Assembly: GCA_001179505.1 (NCBI GenBank)
Contig: CDMY01000582.1
Coordinates: forward strand, 1-47,333
Length of the DNA: 47,333 bases
Reading direction: 5' to 3'
From: Vitrella brassicaformis CCMP3155
Lineage: Eukaryota; Protista; Chromerida
The position numbers were made by a program, and so were the translations under genes. This document shows, in pieces, positions 34,879 through 47,333 of this stretch (within the stretch, counting starts at the first letter, position 1; the number at the start of each line of letters is the position of its first letter). Below the pieces are notes generated by a model. The model did no database searches and was not told where the DNA came from. It worked only from the letters and a program-made list of their open reading frames with translations.

Positions 34879-36229
34879 ACACACCACAACCAACACATTG
34901 TGTGTGTGGGTGCCTTGACACATAGTATAGTATAGGATGGGTGAATGTGTAAAGGCTCGCGCGTCTTTGTTTAAGCACGAGCACCGTATTACGTGTAGAG
35001 AGAGGTATGGATGACATCAAATGGGTGGGCATAGAGGGTGGCTGGTGTGTGTTTGCCTCAAGTGACTGGAGGGATGCCATTGGGATGGTCCATCCCATCC
35101 ACGTGTCTGTCGATTGTGCATTGCACACATGTACATAACATATCTGGTCGTTCTTTGTTAGTGAGACAAGAAGCGAGGGAGGGTGTAGTGTAGTGTGGCT
35201 GGTTCTGGCAGTATGTTCTGTCTAAGTGCCTGTCTGTGTGTCTGCTGCTCTGCCAGATGTGATCGATATCGATGCTGCCCGTGCAAAAGTCTTTTGACCG
35301 CATTTTCTTGCTCCCAAGGGATCGGCGTCGTCGTGTGAGCTCTCAAGTGCGTGTATGTGTGTGGGGGGGGGAGCGTGTTGATACAGACCTTGGACGATAC
35401 GCGATAAGGCGGTACAATAGTGCACAATCATGAGCTGCACAGAATGATCGCACCGCACTCTGGATAGCTCATTCAGTCATCAGTCTTTGCGGCACGTTCA
35501 TCCATCCACCCATCCATCGCTCCATCGCTCCATCGCTCCATCCCTTCCCTCGTCATATATCACAATTGCCTACATCGACTCCCCCGCCTGATGTGTCAGT
35601 CAGTCAGTCAGCTATACGCGGAGAGGTCAGTCATTGCAGCTACATAGCTCTTTGCCACGGCTTATTGTGTGTCTCACGGTCTGATGTGTATGTGTGTGTG
35701 TGTGTGAGGACAGATCAATTGGTGTCGCTGTACAACCAGGAGGATCTCTTTGTCTGTGTTTCGATTGATCAAGCTTAAGACACGTCGCACATCGGAAACG
35801 ATCAGCTCATGAGTCGCACATCCCCTTGCATGAATCTGTGGGTCCACTTGCTGGCCGATATAAAATGAAGACAGCGATAGATAGCAGCGGCCAGGCATTC
35901 TCCAATTACCACACTGCAAAAATCTCTGATTTGAGACACAACAGAAGTGTGATCGAGCTGCCCTTCTTTTGTTGGTCCTCCAGCCCCATGCGCACCTTGA
36001 TCTTCATGTCGCGCAGCTACATCTTCGTCTTGGTTGGGCTCAGTAGAACCAGCCGTGTCGTTGACTGGGTCAACCAGCGCCAGCAGCGGCCACTCTCCCT
36101 CTCGCCGTTTCTCTCGCCCTTTCCCATTCCTTCGCTGTTTGTCGCTTTGTTGTTCCAGCCACAGCCGTACCGAGACCTTCATGTGGGTGATCAGTTGGAC
36201 GTTGGTCTTGGGTGGCCGGGCTAGCCCCA

Positions 36230-39200
36230 TCAGGTGTGAGGCGTAGCAGCAGCGGCAGAGTCCCGTCTCCGCGAGTGCCTGAGCGGCCTTGCTCCGCCGC
36301 CGTTGCGGAGGTAGTTTCGCCATCCAGTGCCCATCCTCGCGGGCGTGAGGCCCTGCTCAGCCGTGACGCGGCGGGCCGGGTCGATCTGCAACAACCTGCA
36401 CACACACATAAAGACACATACACCAGAACATGTGTCTGTTTGTGTGCATGGCGTCCATGTGTGAGTGGAGTGAGTGAACTTACCTGTGAATGAGTTTGAC
36501 GATCGGGTCGTTGGCCTTGATATCAGGGCGGCCTATGAGGTTGGCGATGGCAGTGAGCTCTGCGGCAGTGTCCGTGAAGTTGCCGAAGGGCAGATACTGC
36601 ACACACACACACACACATACCGACACACACAGAAACGTATACACCGGTATGTGTGTGTGCCACAGTTAGTCCGGCACCCACCTGCCCTTGGCTGGCGAAC
36701 TTCTGCACGAGTGGCATGCTGTTGAGTGTGTGGCGGTAGTGCTGCGGGCAGTTGATCTTCTTGACAATATCGCATAGTACCTCAAACTTCACGAAGCCAC
36801 AGAGACACGAACCACACAAACGTTTCTGTCTGTCTGTCTGTCTGTTGGTGCGTACCTGGCCCTGTTCGTCGTCCGCCTTGGCCTTGCCCGCGAAAGGGTA
36901 CTTGCCGCTCAGGGCCTCGACAAACATGACGCCCACCGACCTGCCATGCCGTCCAAGATACATACACCTACACACAGGTGTGTCTGGTCCACTTACCATT
37001 CATCTGCGATGAGTCCGTATGAGTTGTTGCCCCCGAGGAGCTCGGGGGGACGAAGTAGCAAACTAACCTGCTCACACCAACAACACAGACAGAGAGACAG
37101 ACAGACAGACAGACAGACCGGTGCATTTCTGTTGCATAGACAGACTTGTGCCTTTCATACCACGACGGTCGGGTGCTGGGGGTCGGGCGGGTCGAACAAC
37201 CAAAACAGTCCTGATTATAAGACACACACACACACACACAGAGGGACGAGGACTGGTGTGCGAAGGATCCATCCACATATGCTGCTGATGTGGTGGCGCA
37301 CCGAAGTCGCCGATCTTGGGCGCGCCTGTGGTCGTCATTAGGATGTTTTCCTTCTTCAAATCCAAGTGCGCGACTACATGGAAGACACAGACACACAAAG
37401 CAGTACGTGTGTATGTATGTGTGTCTTCGACGCATACCCTTTTTGATGTGCATATGGCGGAGCCCATCGAGGATGCCCCTCCCCTTGTCCAACACCGTGT
37501 CGACCTTGATGCCTGCACATACGCACAAACAGAAGAAAAGAGAGGCATACACAATAATGCGCATCGTGGAGGTGTGTGTGTGTGATGCACCCACCCACCT
37601 TGGAGCCCGAGTGTCTGTGCCTTGGCGCGCTCTTTCCTGAGCCACCCGGCCATGTCGCCGTCCAGCAGCTCAGTGAACAGGTAGGCCGGGCCGTTCGCGT
37701 CGGGCTGATACACGGTGTGAATTGTCTGGAAGAGGGAGGCGTGAGAAACGCCTGAGCAGAACAGGTCACATTTTGCAAAAACTCATTTCCAGAACACTTA
37801 TAGAGAGACACTGGCAATGCTCCACAGTGCAGACAAGTCGGTTGGCCGGGTGCGGTATGGATGAGGCGGCAGATGGGCACAATGCAGCACTTGGTCCACA
37901 CGTGCAGCCGAGTGCGCAGCTCGGGGCACGGCTGGGGGGCCCAGATGGCGATGAGTGTGTGGATGTACAACCACTCGTACTGACAGAGAGAAAGGAACCA
38001 CACACAGCAGACACACACACAGGGAATGATCCGAGTGCATTCAATTCATGTGTGTGTCTGGTGTGCCGTTTCTGCGCTTACATTCCACTCTCTGCTGTGG
38101 TGCGCAACTCGTCATTGGTCATCTGAAGGTACTGCATCACGATGGGAATATAATACTCGGGCAACACGGTGTACTGCACCACACACACAAGACCCACACA
38201 CAAACACACCAGAGGCACATTGACAGACGGACAGATGCATCAAACGCATCCTGGCCCATTGCTGTGTTGGTTGATCAGGCCGTCTTTGGTTTCGCCAGGT
38301 TCTGAAATGGCAAACACACGGCCTGGATGGATGGCGACGCCAATCCGGTCCGTCACTTACTCATGCTGCGCCTTTTCCCGCTGTGGTCCCACTTGCGGAA
38401 CTCCTCCCTCAGCTGCGTCTCGAGGCGCCCCCTCTTCAACCTCCCCCCCGTCTGGGCGTGCAGGTGGTTGGCCACCGAGTATAAGAGATCCTCCACTGTC
38501 CTGCAGCTCGACCCCTTTTTGACTGCACACAAATGTAAGGAAGCGAGGCTCAAGGGGCCATGCCTCCTTGCTTTCGCGTGTCACGTTTGGTCTTCCTCTG
38601 CTTGCTGTCTTCTGCGCGCGCACACACGCACACACACACACACAAAATAGACAAGCATCAAGAGCGTCGTCACATCTCACCCTCTCCTTCGTCTTCTCCT
38701 TGTCTGCACACACGTATGCAGCCGCAGAGAACACACACCCGGGAAAAGAATGTCCTCACACTTAAAGAGAATCCCTCCATTCACCCTCAAACCACTCCGC
38801 CGGCGGCTGTCTGTCCGCCCTTTTGCGTTCCTTCCCTTTCAGACGAAGCAGTATGCAGCCTTGCAATGAACTGGGCTGCTGCAGTGCTGTACTCTTCCTT
38901 CAGCTGGGTCTCGAGGCGCCCCCTCTTCAACCTCTCCCCCGTCTGGGCGTGCAGGTGATTGGCCACCGAGTACAGGGGATCCTCCACTGTCCTGCAGCTC
39001 GACCCCTTTTTGACTGCACACAAATGTAAGGAAGCGAGGCTAAGGAACCATGCCTCCAATTTGCAATTTCATGCATCCTTGCTCTTGCGTGTCACGCTTG
39101 GTCTTCCTCTGCTCGCTGTCGTCTGCACACACACACACACACAGGCACACAAAATACAGTAGACTCAATCGTGGAGACGGGAGAACGCACGGGTGGCGTC

Positions 39201-39403
39201 GGGTGTGGTGGGAGGTGGGGTTGTCGTCCTTGCTGCTCGTCGGCCAGCAGTGCCATCTCTCTCTCTCGATCAGCACCGTCATGTGCCGCCGGGCTGTGAT
39301 CGGCAGACGTGGCGGCACAATGGGTGGCTGCTGTGGCAGCGGAGTGGATGGCTGCTGACAGCCCCTGTCGTCCGTCTGTGCACTGGTGAGTGGCATGCAG
39401 CAT
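36230..39403 (-). CDS. Ser/Thr protein kinase (CMGC/CDK-like C-lobe, non-RD) with long N-terminal region; start uncertain
   Basis: YLFTELLDGD hinge, AHLDLKKENIL, KIGDF|G, LLRPPELL, ADEW|SVGVMF, LLQIDPARRVTAEQGL; exons 36230-37730 chain cleanly, upstream exons are ambiguous. Confidence 0.8.
38410..39156. repeat. Tandem duplication of a two-exon module (38410-38649 and 38901-39156)
   Basis: Near-identical exon and intron sequence; differences are largely synonymous in the frame VKKGSSCRTVED(L/P)LYSVANHLHAQTG(G/E)RLKRGRLETQL. Confidence 0.9.
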
Positions 39404-40325
39404 GGATGGCGGAGCAGGTGCTGACGTGGAGCCAGTGCGCCCGTCTTGAATGAAAATCTGCCAGGGCGAAGAAACGATTCTGGATAAAGCTCCCAAACCG
39501 TCTCCTCGTCCCCAAATTCTCGCCGTCTCGACTTTCTTATTTTCTTCCTCCTCCTCCCTGTAGCACCTTCCATGCCTGCACAATGCGCGACTTCTTCTTC
39601 CGTATTCCTCCCAACCGCCATCAGACCGACACGTTCATTCCTCAGTACTCGCGATCGTGTGACACATTCGTGCCTTGATTGCTTGAGACGGGGCGTCTCA
39701 CGTTCGGCACCTGCCGCCGACACGCCGACTCGTCGCAGAAAGGGCATCTCTGCCGTACGCCGCCATCCTGTGAGGGAGTTCAGCATGGACGTGGCTCAAA
39801 AAGCACGAAAGCCTCCCACCATCCCGTCCTCTCCCGTCGCGTCTTCCGTTTTCCCTTGCAAAGCGTTTACAATGCCATTGCGACGAGGATGAATTCTGTG
39901 GATAATGTTGCCGACGATCAAATGGCAGTATTGTGAGGAAATGTAGCACCATCAGCCACACATGCTGAGTCCTCTGCACTCATACACACAACACAGTTGA
40001 CGCGACGACCGAGTGCATCAACTGGCGAACTCGGCTTAATCCCTCATCTACCTATCGCACTTGACCTACACAGCGACACGAGGCGAAAATTCCCTGTGTG
40101 TATGCAGGGGGAGGCACCCACGAATATCTGAATGCCTCACACGGGCTCAAGAAAGTGCAATCCCGCTCTCTCGTGTCTCTCCCCCCACCCCTTCACGCGA
40201 CCACAACACCACACCCACAGTCGGTCAATCGAGAAATGCCCCCGGCAATGTCTACGTTGCCGGCCGAGAAACTACGGCGCAGTCAGCCCCGGCCCCCCGA
40301 TGGGCTCGTTCGTCCGCTGATTCGT

Positions 40326-41966
40326 TCACTTCTGCGGCGGAGCGTCTTCATAGCCGTAGGGGTTGGTGGACTGCCACTTCCACGCGTTGGCACACGCCTC
40401 CCTGTTCATCACATCAACGATATCCATCCATCAGACACGAACAAACTACATTCACGCAATCCCTGTCATGTGCCGTGTCTTCGTCGTACTGTATGGTCCT
40501 CTTTGCGGTCCAGTTGAGCTCCTTGTTGGCCTTGGAGGGGTCCGCAACGACAGTCGCCAAGTCGCCAGCACGCCTGACACCACACACATACACACAGGGA
40601 ACGAATGGGTGTTGGGTGCTGGTTTGGCTAATCGATTAGGTCTGACCCACCTGGCTTCGATTTTGTAAGGTATTTTGACGCCGGAGGCCTTCTCGAAGGA
40701 GTCGACCATTTCCAGTACCGACACACCCTTACCCGTGCCTATGCACACATACACGTACACGTACACGTACACATGCGCTTCGTCGGTGGTCTCTCTGAGT
40801 GCGTCTGTACCTACCGAGGTTGTGTGTGATGCAGCATGGGTCGCCCTGGAAGAGCTTGGTCAAGGCCGCGATGTGGCCCTCAGCCAAATCCTCCACGTGC
40901 AGATAATCCCGCACACCTGACACAACCACATACACAGACAACACATACGCGTACACGTCTGTAATGTGTGCACACGCACGAGTGCAAGCTCACGTACCGG
41001 TGCCGTCCGGTGTGTTGTAGTCGTTGCCGAACACGCTGAGCTGTGGTCGTCTGCCGACGGCGACCTGCTGAATGTAGGGTAGGAGGTTGTTGGGCTGGGA
41101 GGGCGACTCGCCGATGCGGCCGGAGGGGTGCGCGCCCACGGGATTGAAGTACCGCAGGATGGAGATCTTCCACGACGGATCGCTCTTGTACAGATCCTGC
41201 AATATCTGCAGATGATATATATGATCGACAATGCCATCACATCCTCTCTCACAGACGGCCAACCCCATGTGCTGTGTTCGTATGCATGTGCCCCTTTCTC
41301 CCACACACACACACTCACAGACCTGTTCGATCATGAATTTGGTCCATCCATAGGGATTGGACGGCCCCAGCGCGTCTTGCTCGGTGAGCGGCGTCTCTTT
41401 TGGCGCATACACGGTGGCGCTGGACGAGAAGACGAGCACCTTGCAGCCCGCCTCGCGCATCACTTTGAGCAGCGTCAGAGTCCCCGAGACGTTGTTGGTG
41501 TAGTACTCGAGCGGCATCGCCACGCTCTCACCCACGGCCTTCAACGCCGCGTAGTGGATCACACCATCGAATTTCTGTCGGCCAACCCACCACAACGGCA
41601 CACCGCATAAATATACTCTGTATGGTGTCTGTGCATTGTCCCGTCTCTCTCTCACCTGTTCTTTGAACAACTTGAGCAGCGCGTCTGTGTCGATTGTGTC
41701 GGTGGTGAAGAGCGGGACGTCCTCGCCGGTGATCTGCTTGAGGCGCTCCTTGACCTTGAGCGACGCGTTGCTCAGGTTGTCCAGAATCGACACGCGATAA
41801 CCCGCCTTGAGCAGATGCACCACCGTGTGTGAACCGATATAACCCGCGCCACCCGTACTGCGCACCAGAAGAGATGACAAGTGCATTCGGGGAACCAACA
41901 GAGATCTGCCTTTCCTCGCATCTTTCCTCACCAGAGGATGTGTTTGGCTCCCCCTTCGCCAGCCAT
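40326..41966 (-). CDS. galE: UDP-glucose 4-epimerase
   Basis: [12 protein letters not shown]|[37 protein letters not shown] (YxxxK), [20 protein letters not shown]|GVRDYLHV, R|RAGD, ..WQSTNPYGY. Confidence 0.98.
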
Positions 41967-42243
41967 GGCTGCCCTCAGTGCCGTCCTGCACCCTCTTTGG
42001 CTCTCCGAAGACGACGCACAGGCGGCTCGACACAGATGGAAGCAATCACCCGGTGCTGCCGCCACAAGCAGGAGCAGTGCGCAGCCAACAAGCAGCACAC
42101 TGCGGCGCATCCACCGAAGGGGATCGCCGAATCGTACGCGAGCTAGACTTGCAGATCTCCCCCAGATACACGAACGAATTGACGGCTTTCATGCGACTCA
42201 GGAGGGCCTTCATGCACAGCTGAGTCGAAAACAGCCGACCGAA

Positions 42244-44868
<2,625 letters not shown>

Positions 44869-45116
44869 CTTGTACTCCGCTGTGAGGGGTGCCTTGTCTG
44901 TCTCCTTTTGTCTGTCTGCATAGCGTGCCTATGTGTGTTTGTGTGTGTAAGAGAGGGTGTGTGGCAAACTGCCTGTTTTGCCTGTTTTGCTAGTCTGTAA
45001 GGCTAATGTGCATAGGCCACTGGGTAAGGGTAAGGGTGGGAATGTGGGTGACAGTAGGCTTTGGATGCATCAATGACAATCGTCCCGAAAGGAATGAGTA
45101 CAACCGTCAAAAGCCG

Positions 45117-47230
45117 TCAAGCTGTCGCTGTCTCTTGCCTGGCCTCTTGCTGCCTGACCAGTCTCTTCTTCTGATACGCATACTCCCTCTCGAACAAACC
45201 CCACTCATCATCCTCCCTCAGCCCCTTCTCCCTTATCTCGCCCATCAGCTCGTCCAGCTCCTCACCACTCTCAGCAAGCTTCAGCCTCCCCACATACTTC
45301 CACCCAGCAACACGAACCGACCCCTCCGACCGACAGAGCTCTCCACCAACCTCTCTCTCCCTCCTGACGGGCGACAGTGGGGTCCATTTCCACCCATCGC
45401 TCGGCGGCGGACACATGGCCAGCGTGTGGACGAGGCGGTCGGCCTGCGTCAAGACGGCCGGCATCTCGACCACCTCTCCCTCTCTCCTCCAAGACGGGAA
45501 GGACACCGACAGCCTCACAGTGCCAGGGGCGGGCGGGGGGCGCCGGTATGCAGGTGGTGGTCGGAGGATGAGAGCGTCGTCATTGTGCGGTGGGGGGTCA
45601 CTTGTGGTGCTGTCGGGAAGAGAGAGAGACGGCAATGAGGGATCGAGGAAGGCATTGACAAGTGATGAAGGGGGCGGGGAGAAGAGGGGGTCGAAATGGG
45701 ATGACGGCTGGTAGTGAGTGGGGGTCTGACGGGGAAGGAGGGAGAGGGCATGCCCGAGAAGGCCGTCGAATCGCAGACCAGAATGGTACTCAACGAAGGA
45801 AAGAGGCACCTAAATGAACACAAGGAAGAAGTTTGACCATTGGCGCCTTCCCTCCCTCTTGGTGCGCACCTGGAAGTCCTTCGGATGCCTGTCGTCGTAC
45901 AGAGGCCCGTTGGGCATCACAAATACCCCAAAGCACACGGCGGGGATGTCGGTCCCCTGCTGGTGCTGCCCTCTCGCCGTGTTGCCACTACTGCTCTCTT
46001 CCTCCATGACAGCATCTCTCGGCCTGACCGCCATGATGATCTTGAAGAGATGGGTGGGAACGGCCACGTGCCCCTCGCCCACAACCTCATGACGCACAAA
46101 TCTCTTCGGCGGTCTGATACTGGGTTGGGGAAGGAACAGCGGCCCAGATACGCAGTAGACATCTTCATAGTAGCGGGTTAGGTGGCGACTTAGATGCTCC
46201 AGACGCAGCCAATCGGACCTGGACGAGATGAGTCAAAACGCACGTTATTTGCGGCAGGTCATGTGTCTGTCGGCCTACCCATTGTTGGACATTTCCTGCG
46301 GCAAGATGTTGCCACTGAGCCAGAAGGTCTGGTCCATGGCCTCCTACTAGCAACAGACGTAGCATACACGCACTTCTGTCCACAGACGCGCTTGTGAGCC
46401 CCCCCCCCGTCAACGGCGCACCTGTGTGTCTTTGTGTGCCCCTGCAGCAGCCATGTGCCCACGAGAATACCCCGAGCCACGGTAATCCTAAAGCGGCACC
46501 CACAATCTTCAAGCAGAGTGTCAAACAACCATGGCCTCGCCTTTCGCACCTCGTTTGTCGCCGTGAAGAACCGGGGGACCCTCGGATCAACGCGGAAGCT
46601 CGACTTGGCGCGGTCAGCGGGCCCATTGACCGACGCGTACGTCAGCTTCTCGGCAACCCTGACCCAGACAACACAGACAAAGGCAATGGAAAGGAAGCGT
46701 GTGTCGGCTCTTTCTGGTGCGATTCTCACCAGTTGGGTATTCGATTCTTGAGATTGACCGAGGCCAGGTAGCTGTGGCAGCTGACGAGATTCTCATTGCT
46801 GGGCAGCACCAGCGATGGATAGTGGGACAAGACCGGGTCAGTGCAGGGCACATCTGCAACGCCTGCAACGAGAAACGAACAATGGCTGGCACTGTTCCAT
46901 AGGTCGTTCCATGCAGATAGATCTATGTATCATTGTTCACGGCTCACCTGCCCAGTCATTCTTGAGCAGCGACGGTCTGCCGTTCTTCTCCCTCGTAGCG
47001 ATGCTGCTCGTCCAGACAGGCGAAGTTGCCTCCTCGCATCGAGCCGGACCTCTCGGTTGTGCCTTTCTCCTGTTGACGTATTCGCACGATACGAGCGCAA
47101 TGGAAAAACATCCGGTACTAGCAGCTGCTACGGGAAGCAGCCGGCATCCCATGGCCACCGAGTCGAGAGGGGGAGAAGGGCAAGAGGAGAAAGGCTGAAC
47201 GTTAGTGCAGTTCTTGTTGGGATTTGCCAT
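45117..47230 (-). CDS. EndoG-family (beta-beta-alpha-metal) nuclease of EXOG type with C-terminal wing-like domain
   Basis: RIPNW|VAEKL, DYRGSGYSRGHMAAAG, TFWLSGNILPQ..NNG, WLRLE, VSGPLF, VAVPTHLFKI, FVMPN, VEYHSGLRF; C-terminal ELCRSEG..RLKLAESGEELDELMGEIREKGLREDD..YAYQKKRL. Alternative start 47152. Confidence 0.88.
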
Positions 47231-47333
47231 GTGTTTTACGAGTCATAGCGCTCTACCTACTGTTTTGGCACACTTGAGCGTTGACTGACTTTGCTGCCTG
47301 TTTCCTGCCTCTGCCTTCATGTAAGTGGGTCGC

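Noticed and set aside
35802-36224. ORFs on both strands downstream of the kinase stop
   Set aside because: No domain, no convincing splice link to the kinase; likely 3'UTR or intergenic.

Overview
Intron-rich, GC-rich eukaryotic genomic DNA. Short introns are full of (AC/GT)n, (GTCT)n and (CCAT)n microsatellites, with ...GTGTGCAG acceptors. This style and two members of a lineage-expanded family point to a chromerid alveolate, most likely Vitrella brassicaformis (inference, not searched). I reconstructed about 16 spliced genes by hand, mostly alternating in strand with tight head-to-head pairs. Recognisable products: a vWA-domain protein, a BTB protein, a D-2-hydroxyacid dehydrogenase, a secreted M13 metallopeptidase, a protein kinase, GalE, a pyruvate decarboxylase-family enzyme and an EXOG-type nuclease. 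There are also several unknowns, a ~1.8 kb segmental duplication beside a scaffold gap, and a 98-bp-arm inverted repeat. The most unusual content is at 29.9-34.9 kb. One gene encodes a single-chain, two-domain Mn-type superoxide dismutase with signal peptide and GPI-like tail; its linker carries an RxLxE motif. Next to it is a secreted precursor in which an RRL motif precedes a 58-aa Tyr/Lys/Gly-rich peptide. These could form an extracellular wall or adhesive cross-linking module (hypothesis). No rRNA, tRNA, CRISPR array or autonomous transposon was seen. Exon boundaries are manual predictions without RNA evidence.
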